Shown: one piece after another, positions 37,658-50,522 of the stretch
How positions within the stretch are numbered: position 1 is the stretch's first letter
Layout: every line of letters begins with the position of its first letter
Assembly (NCBI GenBank): GCA_043228905.1
Contig: JBHGNT010000011.1
Span: 11,594,001-11,658,000 of the forward strand
Length of the DNA: 64,000 nt
Reading direction: 5' to 3'
DNA from: Azolla caroliniana
Taxonomy: Eukaryota > Plantae > Polypodiophyta
Made by a program: the position numbers and the translations under genes
Notes under the pieces: model-generated
Database searches by the model: none
The model's input: the letters and a program-made list of their open reading frames with translations, nothing else
Told to the model about the DNA's origin: nothing

Positions 37658-39009
37658 GAGAGAGAGAGAGAGAGGGAGAGAGAGATAACATGTAAAGCCA
37701 TTAGAAAACTTGACTTATATGCACTTCAAGAAATCATGGTCCCGACATGCTCTCACATCCGAAAATTGCACATGAGAATGAATGCCTTTCTAACTTCTTT
37801 TCACATTGGCTTCAACACCCCATTGTCTATCATCAAACGTGAAAGCCTTACTTGTATTCCAATTGTGTTGTAGTCCCTGATGTCGCAAAAACTGGAACCA
37901 TGTCTCTAACTCATCATTTCGAACCTTTTTGAAAAATTGAGCAAAAACCCATTGTTGAGACCTCAAATAACAATGGGTTAAAACTTGTCAAATCCCCAAT
38001 AATCACTTCCAAAGTATACACATTATAAGACATTTAATTAGCGTACATGTATTGTCATTCTATAGAGTTGTGCAAAAGAAGCGCATTCTTGACCCTCGCC
38101 CTCATCTTTAAGGTTGAATCTAATGGGAGCTCACTAGTCATGATTCTCCATATTAATACCTTCACATGAAATAACAAATGGAAATGCTAATGATGTTCCA
38201 ATATTTGTCACGACCTTGCATTTGACTTACATACATTGCATAACTTTTCAACTTTTAGGTGATAGCCAAGACAATAATGTCATTGCATGATGATACAATA
38301 TATTTGTACTGATTTATAACGAATGTGTATCATTCTTTAAATACCAAACTACCTAAGGAGCACCATTCTCTTTCATTGCAAAGATCCATGCAACGATGAT
38401 ATATCTAGTAATTTCTCCCTGTAAATAATCAATGGTGATTCTTGTGTAGCGGAAGAGATGTGTGCTATGTGTATGTGTGAGAGGAATTAGAGGAGAGATG
38501 AGAGAACACAAGGTAGATAGAAAAAGGAATACTCAAGAAGAAGGTGTATATTTCACAAGTAGAATAAGAATTACAAAATGTAACATAATAAGGAGTCACA
38601 ACCGACTTAGTATGAAGTATGAGGAGGGTGCTTTATATAGAGTCACCCTCTCTCTTCATTAAATTTACAACAACCACTCTCTCTCTTGAGGAATGTGAAG
38701 ACTCATAGTCATGGGGAATATGTGACTCATTAGTTATGTGCCATAGAATATGATTCTATGACACATAGTTAATGTGTAGAGAGTACTGGTGTGACTCTTG
38801 ACCTTTGAGTAATCACGGATTCTCAAAAGGTGTGTTCACACGTTGCACTATGTTGAGCTTGATTCTCAACATGCCCCCTCAAGCTCAACTCGGGTCTGTT
38901 CCTTTTGATTGATGTCCGCTTCGGCTTGTATCCGGTTCAGACGATCTCTGGTGTCCGCTTCGGCTCGTACCCGGTTCGGACGGTGTCTGGTTCTCGCTTG
39001 TACTCCCCC

Positions 39010-42000
39010 TCAAGCTTGGCAAGTCAGGAAAATCGTCAATCCGAGGTCTGACATGAATTGCCGAAGCTTGTCGGCTCCTAAGTCTTTGGTGAAGATGTCG
39101 GTTGTTTGAAGATTCGTGTTGATGTGTTGAAGGTCGACATCTCCGGCCTGTACGCGCTCTGAAATGAAGTGATGGTGCACTTCAATATGCTTTGTGCGTG
39201 CGTGGAACACCGAGTTCCGAGCCAAATATATATTGCTCATGTTGTCGAGTAAATGGGAGTTGGATCCTTGATGGGGACGCCTAGATCCTTCAAAATCATC
39301 TTGAGCCATACGGCTTCACATGCAACTACAGTTGCGCCCCTGTATTCGGCCTCCGTACTCGAAAGTGCAACGGTAGGCTGCTTCTTACTACTCCAAGATA
39401 TTGCTCCGCTACCAAGCGAGAAGACAAATCTGGAGGTCGATCGTCGATTGACTTTGTAGCCTGCCTAGTCCGCATCTGTGTACCCTTCGAGTCGTATTGG
39501 TGTGGTTGATGCGTAGTGAATGTCGTAATCCATTGTGCCACTCACATATTGTAATACTCCCTTAGCGCAATCGAAATGGATATCTCATAGAGTTTGCATG
39601 AATTGGCTAAGGAGTCCAACTAGATAGATAAGGTCGGGTCGAGTGATCTTGAGATAGATGAGGCTCTCGATAAGTTGACGATATTGGGTCAACTCACATT
39701 CTTCTGTGTCGGAGTCGGCATCCAATTTAAGGCTTCGATCGAGAGGGGTTGCCACAGATTTACACAGAGTCATCCCGAACTTGTATAACAAGTTTGAGGA
39801 TGTAGTGCCGTTGGGAGATCATAATGTTGACCGGAGTCCGAATTACCTCGATGCCTAGGAAGTAATGAAGCTCCTTCATATCCGTCATCTCGAATTTGTT
39901 GGAGAGGAGGGACTTTACCTTGTTGATGTTGACTAGACTTTCACCTCCAATGACCAAATCATCCACGTATAGGATGATGATAATTAGGCTTCTAGAGTCG
40001 TGTCATACATAGAGGGAGTTGTCAGATTTTGACATTCGAAAGCCGATTTGATGAAGATATTGCGTAATCTTCGAATGCCAAGCACGCAGTGCTTGCTTGA
40101 GGCTGTAGAGAGGCTTCTAGAGTTGGCATACGGCTTTTGGATGAATGCGCAATTCGAAGCGGGGTGGTTGTACCATGTACACCTCCTCGTCTAATTCGCC
40201 TTGAAGAAAGGCGTTCTTGACGTCCATTTGGTGGAGGTGCTACCCTTTTGTCGTTGCAAGTGCGATCACGGTCCGCACCATCGTCATCTTTGCCACTGGG
40301 GCAAAGGTCTCTTCATAGTCGACTCCATGTGTTTGTGCGTATCCTTTCGCTACGAGTCGAGCTTTGTAACGGTTTACGGAGCCATTGGCATTATACTTCA
40401 CCTTGTAGATCCATCTGCAACCAATTGCCTTCTTGTGCGGTGAGTGGAGAATGAGATCCCATGTCTCGTTCTGGGAGAGTGCTTGCATCTCCTCATTCAT
40501 CGCTTCAACCCATCTGGGGTCCGTGGCAGCTTCGGAAAACGTTTCCAGCTCCCGTATTGTCGATACCTTCATCATAAAAGCTTAATGGTACGCCATATAA
40601 TCGTTGTAGCCGAATCGGCTTACGGGGTTCTTTTCACGGGTGGATCAGCGAAGCTTCTTGTTTGCGGATACTATGGCTTTCTCCGCTCCATTTGTCCGGA
40701 TCTCAAGGCCTTCAAACTCACTATCAAGGGAGTGAGTCGATTCGTTGCCATCGAAGTGATCGTCTTCATACTCCAGCATTTTCGCCTTCCCTTTGTCCAT
40801 ATTCGGACTCGGCCGAGATGTGCTTTGATCGCTCAGGGGCTCTTGTGGCCCACTAAGCCTTGTCGTAATTGGGCTTTCTTCGAACATGCGCGTGAGTTGA
40901 TCTTCGGCGGAATCCAGGTCGAGCGGAATCGAAGTCGAAGTCGTCTCTGGTGCGTACCAGTATGCAAACTTGTTGAAAATGACGTCTCGACTTACTCGAG
41001 ATTTTCGAGTTGAGGGGTTGTAGCACATGTACCCCTTTTCCTCCAGTGAGTATCCTACGAGGATACATTTCTTCGACTTCGGGTCAAGCTTTTGACGCTT
41101 CTCGTCGGGGATGTGCACGTACGCAATGGACCCGAATATCTGAACATGCGATAGGTCCGGCTTCTTTTCAAAGAACTTCTCGTGCGGAGTAAGTTTGTGC
41201 ACACCCGATGTCATACACCGATTCATGAGATAGACGGTTGTGTTAGCTGCTTCCGCCCAATACGATTTCGGCATGTGCTTTTCGTTAAGCATATCCCGTG
41301 CCACTTCAAGGATGTGCCGATTCTTGCGTTTGGCCACTCTGTTTTGTTGTGGCGTATGTCAACACAAAAACTCTCGCCGTATTCCTTCTTTCCGTAGAAA
41401 CGCCGAAAATTGGTTGGAGAAGTACTCCTTGCCTCCATCCAACCGAAGACATCGTACATGTCGGCCCATGGCTTTCTCGACTTCATACTTAAATTTTTGG
41501 AAGTCTCTGAACACTTAGCTCTTTTGTCGCATGGGGTAGATCCAGGTGTGCCTGGAGAAGTTGTCGATGAAGACCACGTAGTATTGGCATCCGTCGAATG
41601 TAGTCGTCTGAGCCAGACCCCATACATTAGAATGAATTACGTCGAGTACGCCTTTGTTCACGTTCCTCTCCTTCGGAAATGGGTGCCAATGTTGCTTGCC
41701 AAATTGGCAAGCGGCACACACGCCTTCAATCTCTTTCTCCGTGAATGTCGGGAGCCTGATGACGACTCCTTTCGATTGCATTGCCTTGAGCTTTTGGAGG
41801 TTGATACGGACAATCCGCTTGTGCCATAACTCTATGTCGGAATCGGCTTTCATGCCCTTTGTGAACATGTCCGATTTCATCTCGTGTGAGTCGAGAATGA
41901 ACATTCGTCCCTCTCTTCGTCCGCGAGCGATGAGTCGGCCCGCTTTTTCGATGAAGCAACCGCCTTGATTAAATCGTACTTGCATTCCTTGCTCTACAAT

Positions 42001-42712
42001 TTGGCTGAGGGAGACCAAATTCTTCGTGATAGTTGGTACATGCAAGACATTTTTAATATAAGTTTGCTTACCTTCTTCTCCGAACGGAACATTGCCGACG
42101 TGCCGAATCGGGTGCGTAGTGCCGTCTCCGGTTTTGACATAGCCGGGTCAGTCCGACTCTCGAAGTTCTCGGAACCATTCTTGATGCGACGTCATATGGT
42201 TTGAGGCACTGGAATTGACGAACCATATGTCTTCCGGACCGGAGGCACTAGTAGAAGTAGAGGCCGACATAGAATTCACTCTATGTCTCATCATGAACAT
42301 TCCGCCATGATCATCATAGTCGGAGTTGATGGCGTAATTGGTGAGTTGTCGGCTAGTGGAAGCCGACTCGTGTATCTTCTTACGACATTCTTCTCCGTGG
42401 TGACCGATTTTTCTGCAATATTCGCATTCGACCGAGCTTTGTCGGTTCGAACCGGAATGGAAGCTCCCCCTTCTTCCGAAGGTTCCTCGATGACTTACGT
42501 CTTGATGCCGAAGTTACGAGTTGTTTTCGTAAGTCGGGCCTCGTCCGCCTCGTCCTTGGCCGAATCGGCCTCTTCTTGCACAACTGCATCCTCTTCCTCC
42601 GTCCGAATGCATGTAGAGCATGTGGCCTTCCGAGACGTTGCTCCTCGTTCGAACATGGTTTTCTTTGACCAATAACATAGATTGAAGATTGAAGGAGGGT
42701 GGATTCTCCCGT
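39010..42712 (-). pseudogene. Copia G gag(C)-PR-INT-RT-RH, degenerate (gag N part at 60302-60448)
   Basis: CEYCRKIGHHGEEC; KNLVSLSQ; IHSNVWG; YWAEAANT; YKARLVAKGYAQ; FHARTKHIEVHHHF; DIFTK. Confidence 0.93.
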
Positions 42713-43174
42713 TGTCGTGAAGATCCGTCACTAGGCGCGGATCGTGAGGCGGAACCGTCGGGGTTCTGGACTGGAAGGATTCGAAGTCGGTACAAGCTTT
42801 AGTGAGGAAGTATTTAAGATAGATTAGGAAAGAGAGAAATTGAGATTAAACGCTTGACTTTCGATTGAGAGAGATTGATTGAACTTTTATCTTTAGATTT
42901 AAGAAACAAGTTACACGATCAATTCGATAACGAATTTTCTTCTTCTTAATTTCATAACCAAAAGAGCCTAACCCTTCTTCTTTTTCATCCCTTCTTTTAT
43001 AGATGCTCTCATGCATATGATGCATGTGAGGGTACAAGACATGCATAAAATGCATGTTTGCCATTTGGCGCTCATGTATTACATGTGGTGCATGATAACC
43101 ATGTCACTCATTTTAGCTCTCATGTATGAGAATTTACATGTAAAAGTACAATGATAAAAATATAAATTCAATTA

Positions 43175-43248
43175 AATGTCATGGCTTAGTGGTAAGCCTA
43201 TTGACTCTTAACTCCAAGGTGCAAGGTTTGAATCCTTACTTGCCTTCA
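43175..43248 (+). promoter_or_regulatory. tRNA-like A/B-box cassette inside the F LTR (second copy ~59812-59885)
   Basis: TGGCTTAGTGG...CTCTTAA...AAGGTG...GGTTTGAATCC with tRNA-type spacing. Confidence 0.55.
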
Positions 43249-43835
43249 TTGTGTATATATATGTAATATATATATATATATATATTTATTAATTTGGTCA
43301 TCGGATGCTAGATGCTGCCGGTTTCAATCGGTTGTTGGATGCCAATACCGTCGCCTCGCCGGTTACCGTCAGTTCCGTTTTGGTTGGCCAAAAGCTTTAC
43401 GAGTGGCTAAGCCACCTCCACTCTTAGTTCAAGTTACCTTGAACTCTCTATGCTCCACACATAAACCCAAAGATAATAACTTTTGCTCTACGTTATATAT
43501 GGTGAGAGCCTTATTCGTTTTGTCTATGTGGGATATCTCACAATTTTCTCTTTTTCTTTCGCAAATTCTTACCCACATAAGTTGACACTTAGATGTCTGT
43601 TTCTTATGTAGTAAAGTGCATCTCTTCAAAATATTCGTCTTTTATATTAAGATATTAAACTTACTTAAAATTAGTATATTCACTATTATTGTTTTATATG
43701 ATTGACACTTGATTTCGTACGTCTTATGTGATTTTCACACCATTGCCGAAAATGTTCACGACATCCACCCCCACCAAACCGCACGTCCTCCGGTACGTGC
43801 CAAGAAGAGAGAAAGTGAGATTTCGGCTACGGTGA

Positions 43836-46800
43836 TCAATCAAATTCTTCCATGTCTTCATTTACATCCGCCCTATTATGTTCATCGTCGAGGTGATCGA
43901 GGTCATGATCCTCGTCTTGTCTTTTCTTGAAAATCTTTACTCTTTTTCCCGCAATGGGTACGACCAACCTTGATCCGTCTAGCTCCGCAAGGTGGTATGT
44001 GGCATTATTGTTGGCACTTGTCACCACATACGACCCGAACCATCTTCTTGCGAACTTTCTTGTTGTACTGTGTTGATTGTCAAGGCTGTTGTCATAAACC
44101 AAAACCCAATCTCCTTCTTCAATCTTCTTGGGACGAAGTCGATGCGTGTTTTCGAACCAAACTTTGTTCTTTACTCGGGCTGCCTCCATCATCTTTCGTG
44201 CTTTTTCTAGATCTTCAGGTCTTCTTTCAAGTTTCCTTATCCGCGCCGCTAATAACTCTTCTCGGCTCATCTCGTTCTCCCACGGTATCGCTACCCATGA
44301 GGTGATCGTCCTTTCGATGGGCATTACCGGCTTTTGTCCATACATAAACTCCGTCGACATATACCCTGTCACCAAGTTGTGTGTCGTTCTGTCGGCCCAC
44401 AAGGCATAGGGTAATAGTCGTGCCCAATTCCCGACTCGACCGTTGCATGCCTGTATGATGGCTTTAATGATAGGTCCATGCCCTCGCTCGATCTTCCCAT
44501 TCACTTCCGGATTGTAGGCAGTCGTGAGGGAGAGCTTCACGCCTAGTCGTTCGAAGAGCTCCATCGCTTCGTGCGCATCCAACTCCCCTCGGTCGGCCAC
44601 TATCTTCCCCACACATCCGTATCGGCAAACAACCTCTTCAAGTAGAAATTTGCAAATGGCTGAAGTCGTCTTTTTTGTCAAGGCTCGTCCTTCCACTTGA
44701 TTTGTCAAGTCTTCCCTTGCTAGCACTAAGTACTTCATTTGTGTCACTCCCATTGGCATCGAGATCAGATCCACCATCCATTTGAAGTGTATGGTGAGTA
44801 GGTATGTCGGCCGTAACTCATCACGATGACGTATATTTGAATTTATTTGGCAAGTTTCGCATGTGGACATGAAATGGAGTACATCTTTGTACATGCTTGG
44901 CCACCAATACTTCTCCTTCAACTTTTCGAATGTCGCCCATGTTCCTCTATGACTTGCCCAAGCACTCTCGTGGAATTCGGTCATCAATGTCTCTTGCTCT
45001 TCTTTCTTCACCACCACTCGATGTGGTATTCCTGTCCTTCTTTTTGGATGTCGCCAAAGGAATCCTCCCTTCAAGAAGTATCGGTAAGCTTTCTTCCGGA
45101 TTTGTAGGGCCTCCTCCTTTGTCAACGAAGCATCTGCCGTCAATGTTCTTAGGAATCTACCGATCAATAACCACTCTCCTTTGTACTCGTTCTCGTTGAA
45201 GGCGTGGAGGGTTTGCGTGTCCTGGTCTTCCGCCGATAATCGAGCCATCTTGAAGAAGTCAAGGGCGACATCTTCATCTTCCGAAACCATGTCACTTCCA
45301 TTTTCAAATCTTGCCCTCGACAGCATGTCAGCCATGGCGTTTGCTGAGAATCTTTGCTCCGAACCGGACGACATATCGCGCATTATCTTCTCCTTCTTGA
45401 TTGATTCCGGTTGGGCTCATATCTACGGTCACGTAAATCGGCTTCGCTTTGGCATAGTTGGCCTTCCTTAGTGCCGGAGCTTCAAGAAGCAGTTTCTTCA
45501 ATCTTCGCATCGCATTTGTGTGCTCGTCTCGCCATTCGAACTTCATTCTTTTCTTTAGTAGTCCGTATAACGGTTCGACGACATGAGCGTAGTGTGGAAT
45601 CCAAATATGATAAATTGTGCATGCTCCAAGGAACCTTCTAACCTCCATTTGGTTTTCGCATTCTTCTTTCATGTCTTGGATCACGTTCACTTTGTATGGT
45701 GAAGGCTTCTGGCCGTATGCCCCACACAAGTGACCTACCACCAAGATCTTTGGTTGCCCGAATGCGGATTTTTCTCCCGAAAATGTCAAATTCGCATCTT
45801 CGAGCCTTTGAAGCACCTTCTCGCAATCTTTCATATGATCCGCAACGAACTTTCTACAACCTTCCTTATCTTTCGATTCATCTTTCTCCTCATCTAAACA
45901 TCCTTTTATCGGAATATCATCCAAGAATGGCATCGTGATGTCCGGGATGCAATCCTTCAAGAATTTATTCATGGCATTCACCATATGAGCCACCGAGTTC
46001 GTTGCGCCTTGGGGTAAGGTACACATCCGCAGAAGCCCGATCGGAGTCCTCATGGTTGTAATGTCCCGATTGTCGATCGCCAATTGGAATTGGTCATATC
46101 CGGAGTAGAGATTGCCAATGGAGTAGATGGACTGGCCCGCAAACGCTTCGGCAAATTCATCCACGCTCGGACTGATTCTGGAATTTTGAATTGTCACCTT
46201 GTTGACGGGTTGAAGATCTTGGATGAATCGCAATGATCCATTCTTCTTCGGCACCGTGAACCACCTATTGGAATAAGGAGCATTCAACGGTTCTAGAATT
46301 CCCATACTCACCTTCTCCTTTAAGAGCTCGATCAGCTTCGGAAGGTGCGCTCTTGGAACTGGTATCGGTTTCAAATTCCAAGGCACATGAGGCACCGTGA
46401 AAATCACCATCGGCTCTATAACCTTTGGGTCGGCACATCCGATTTCTCGTGGGAAGAATGCGAAAGCCTTCCCATGTCTCTCAAGCATATCGCGAAACAT
46501 TCGCTCCTCTTCATGGAGAAGGAAATCCTCCTTTCCAACTCGTAGCTTCCCCTTCGTCTCCTTGGTGAAGACATGACCTATCGTCTTCGGATCTCTTAAA
46601 CTTGGATCGTTAGCGACTTCCTTCATCTTTTGCCAGCTATCTTCCAGTAGCGGAACCGCAACTAGCTTGATCTTCTTATCCACCATTTTATATTTCGTGT
46701 TGATGTCAGCTTCCTTCATCGAGATGCCACGACGGTATTCATCGATGATAGCATACATGTTGACAGAGTTAACCGAAATCACGTAATGATCATGAAGGTA

Positions 46801-46937
46801 GCTCAAGTCCACAACTTCCTCGATTTTCGCCGATGGTGTCGTTAAATGAGGCTTCTTCCTTAATATGAGTCACAAACTCTCCTTCTTCTATTATGTTTTC
46901 TTCTTTCAACATCTTCTCGAATTCTTGTATCCGACGC
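43836..46937 (-). pseudogene. Gypsy F RT, partial RNase H and integrase
   Basis: HVPWNLKPIPVP, VPKKNGSLRFIQDLQPVN, LPQGATNS, PFLDD; integrase ARED, VADRGE, YNPEVNGKIERGH; most of RNase H deleted near 45345. Confidence 0.92.
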
Positions 46938-47378
46938 TGTTGCCGTTTAGGAACACGGTCCGTGGTCAGTCCTTCGACCTAGACCCCAAGGTGGGTGTGG
47001 AACAACAAACAAGGTTTAAGCGTACTGCGTAAGGGGAGAACCTCTGTAATTCCTCCGCGTATAAGGGAAGACGGCTACAACCGAATCCTTATCACAGGTT
47101 ACACTTACATACTACTACGCTTAAGTATCCGAGACACCGACACTGAATTAGCCGCAGCTATACACAGAAACTCAGAGAAGATAGAATTCTATTATCAGGC
47201 GTTCTTTACATTTCCAAAAATTACACACACTTCCATAAGAGGTTTTCTGCCCTTTATATATACAGGGTCTAATTAGCCGTTCATGCTTCCTGCGTGAATC
47301 GTTACATGCGTTATGCTCTTATATAGTTTCTTATTCCTACGCTTTTGGCCGTTGGTTAATATTCCGGCGGACAACACT

Positions 47379-47420
47379 TGGCACGCCTGTGGGACAGTGC
47401 CTTTGCACGTCGGACCCATC
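47379..47420 (-). other. tRNA-Arg-like 3' half / inverted PBS at the PPT position of E
   Basis: Element sense strand: GATGGGTCCGA-cGTGCaaagGCACt-GTCCCACAGGCGTGCCA, then 2 nt, then the LTR TG. Confidence 0.75.
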
Positions 47421-47423
47421 CCG

Positions 47424-50371
47424 TTAATCTTCTTCCAAAATGGCCCGGATGTTCGGCTCTGTTGTGGTGTCCTCGTCCGAAGTTGATGTAGGGCCCGTAG
47501 GTGCATCGTGGTGCGGCTCCTCTGCTTGGTCGGGCTGCTTTCTCCCGAAGTCGCCTTCGTCGTGTGCGGGTGGTCCAGGTACGGTGGGCTCTTCTTGAGT
47601 TAGTGGGCTGGGCTCCGCCGTTGGCGTGCTTGCAGTCGGCTGCAACTCAGCCTCTATTGTTACGTCCTTTGCGGTGTTGGTCGTTTTTGTGTGTCCCTGG
47701 GCGTGGGGCGGGGATTCCGCTTGGTCCGCACTATTTTCCGCGTGTTCTGAAGATGGTGTGGGCTGGTGCGGCTTGACCTCTTGTTGGGTAATGGTTTCGC
47801 TATCTGGTCCTGTGGGGAACTCTGCTCGTTGGTCCCCCGTTGTCATCTCTGGTGATCGGGCCTGAGGTTCCTCTTCTTCGGCTGTGACCGGAATTGGTGT
47901 CACGTTGGGTTCCTCTTTTGTGCGTGTGTTGCCGGCTTGTGTGATATGGTGAAATAGCTCCTCCTGACTTTCACCAAAATCATCTAAGAGCTGTGCGAGT
48001 TCTTCGGAGTGTTGGTCTGCTAGTACACGATAGTCTTGCGCTAGGTCCTCTCGTACGATCGCAATGCTGTCCTCGTTTAGCTTATAAAACCCTCGGCCGT
48101 CTTTCCGCTGGTTCTCCCAGTCCACACGATACGCGTGCAATTCCGTTGCTTGGGTTGCCCACGCCATCCATCCTTTGTCCAGCGCCGTTTTCAATTGCGC
48201 AGTGAACCTTTCCCGGTTTGTTTGGAGAAGGATGCGCACGTTATCCGTGATGGCATGGCAACGGTTGCGTGCGTCTTCCATCGACTTATGGAGATTTGCG
48301 ATTTCCTGCTGTTTAACGGCTGTCGCTTCCTCATACATGGCCTTCAGGCCCACCCATAGCTTGGATTCCTTTGCATGCTGTTCTTCTAATTTCCCCATTT
48401 CATTGTTTAGGAGGATTTCGAGTTGATGCCTTCTGTCTTGTTCGACCACCAACTGTTCATCGAACCATACCTTCTTTTTTTCTAATAAGGCCCAAAGTCC
48501 CGCTATTGTCGCCTCCGATTTCTTCGCGTCCTCTCGTAATTGGGCGTTGTCGTCTTTTGTCCGGATGTGCTGAGCTACCTCCGTAGCTAGTTTCTCTTCA
48601 AGAGTTTTTACGGCCTTCCGTCCGTTAGCCCGTATCTCCTTTTCTCTGTCGGAGGATTGGCGTAGTTCTGCTCGAAGACGGTCAATTTCGGATTCCGCTA
48701 GCTGCACGACCCTTTTTGCTTTTGAGGCGATGGCGGTCTGAGCCTCGATTTCTTCTTTTAGAGCGTCGATGCCGTGGTTCGGTGGTGGAGTTGCATGTTG
48801 CGCCGTAGTCGCGTGAGCTTCCAACTCCGCGATGCGTGCGTTGGCCTTTTGTAGTTCGGCTTCGGTCAGTTTAACCTTCTTTCAGACATTCTTATTTTTT
48901 ATGGCCATCTCCTTGGCGCCCGTGCTGACCTTTGCCAATTCCCGATGGACTTCGACTAGGGCCATGTTTAAGGGTGGTATCTCCATCCCTACTCGCCGTA
49001 CCCCGGCGTTCCTCTGTCTGTCGACCCTGGCTAGCCGGTCCTCATCGTCGCTCGCCGTTGTTTGTGTTAGGGCGCGCTCGATCATCTGACGTTTCGCATG
49101 CTCCTCGGCCATTCGTTGGGTGGCTTTGACCTGTTGTGTTGCCAGGAACTCCATGAGCTCAAAAGAGGTACCAAACTGCAAGAGGGCGATGAATTCGTGG
49201 GCCGTATCCGGGATATCCGGATATGCCAAAACCTCGCTTTCCGCCGTCAATACGGCTTTCCCTCATTGGGACTGAGTCGTAATAATCGGCCGCGGTTCCC
49301 GGATGATTTCGAAGGTGGTATTCGGTTCTGCTACTGCGGAGCCTTCGCCTTCAGTCGGTACCTCCGAAGCCGTGGGGGCATGTTTTACCAACCCCCCCCA
49401 TCTTTCTTGTCCAATCTGCGCCGTTTTGTTCTAGGGCTTTCCCGCCGTGTTTCGGTGTCTGGTTCCGGGGCTACTTCCATGGGGCGTCTCGTCTGTTCCT
49501 CCTGCGTCGCCCGTGTGTCTGGTTGGTCCGTAGGATGTGTTGTCCTTGGGTCTGGCTGGGCCGGTTGGGGTTCCTCCTCCCACTCTGGGGCCGCTAACTC
49601 CGCTAACCTGAGTTTCGCGGATCAGGGCGGGGCCGTGGGTTGGCTGGACTGCGGTGCTGGCAGGCCTCGGGGTGGAAACAGTACCGTAAGGTATTGTTGG
49701 ATGATTGGCCTGAGCTTTTTGCCTGCTTGGTACGCATGCAAGCCTTCTCTTAACGCCGGCCCTATGATGACCCCCCAGTCGACTGCACGCCCTTCAAAGG
49801 TGTCGATAATGATGCCCGCCTTCTGCTTAGGCATCCCGTATGCATTGACATGGACGCAGCCGACTTCCAATAGGAACTTGGCAACTTCACGGAAGAAGGG
49901 ATCCGGAATCTGTTTTGTTCTATAGGCCTTGGCAGAGGATGAATATGGTCCAAAATACCGCTGCAACGCCTTTGTAGGAGGTATTTCGAAATGTCTTTCG
50001 CCTAGTGAGGATAGGTCCAACTTCTTCCGAATGGAAGAGTTGGTGACCGTGTCTATGTTAAGCTTCCTGGCGATGTTCATGGCGTCCGGGTGCGGAGGTG
50101 CTTCTGCGACCCGGATGTAGCCATCCAGGCGTTTCTCTACGAGCCATCGGCGTAGGGCAGTAGAGATGAAAATCGGCATCGCCAGAGTAGGTTCGTGGGG
50201 GGGAGACGAGAGGTTGTGGTGGGTCTGAGCTCTAAGATAGGATGGGGAAGAAGGTGAGGAGGACGAGCAATGGGAGCGTTGATAGCTAGAAGATGGGTTT
50301 CTGCTTTGTGTAGAAGATCTTCTATTTCCTTCTTTTTGTGGCTTAGGGTTCATTGGGCGGTGAGCCATCAT
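47424..50371 (-). pseudogene. Element E extra ORF (globular N-domain, P/T/E linker, long coiled coil, acidic tail)
   Basis: ORF pieces 49622-50371, 48882-49250 and 47424-48824 lie between pol and the 3' LTR in sense orientation; homologous to the D extra ORF. Confidence 0.8.
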
Positions 50372-50522
50372 GGTGCCGCGTGTTCTTGAACTAGGAGTTT
50401 GTGCATGCCTTTAGTCGTTTTAATAGTCGATATCTTCTCTTCTTCTTCTTCTTCTTCTTCTTTTTTCGTAACGATTATTTACAACCTATTTTTACATTAT
50501 AGTACAAATGGGGCGGTCCATT

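Noticed and set aside
37700-38414. Decayed coding-like sequence, possibly continuing at 60736-61700
   Set aside because: Too many stops and no recognisable motif.
43175-43248. Functional tRNA gene
   Set aside because: Stems do not pair into a cloverleaf and the B box is mutated; kept only as a tRNA-like cassette.
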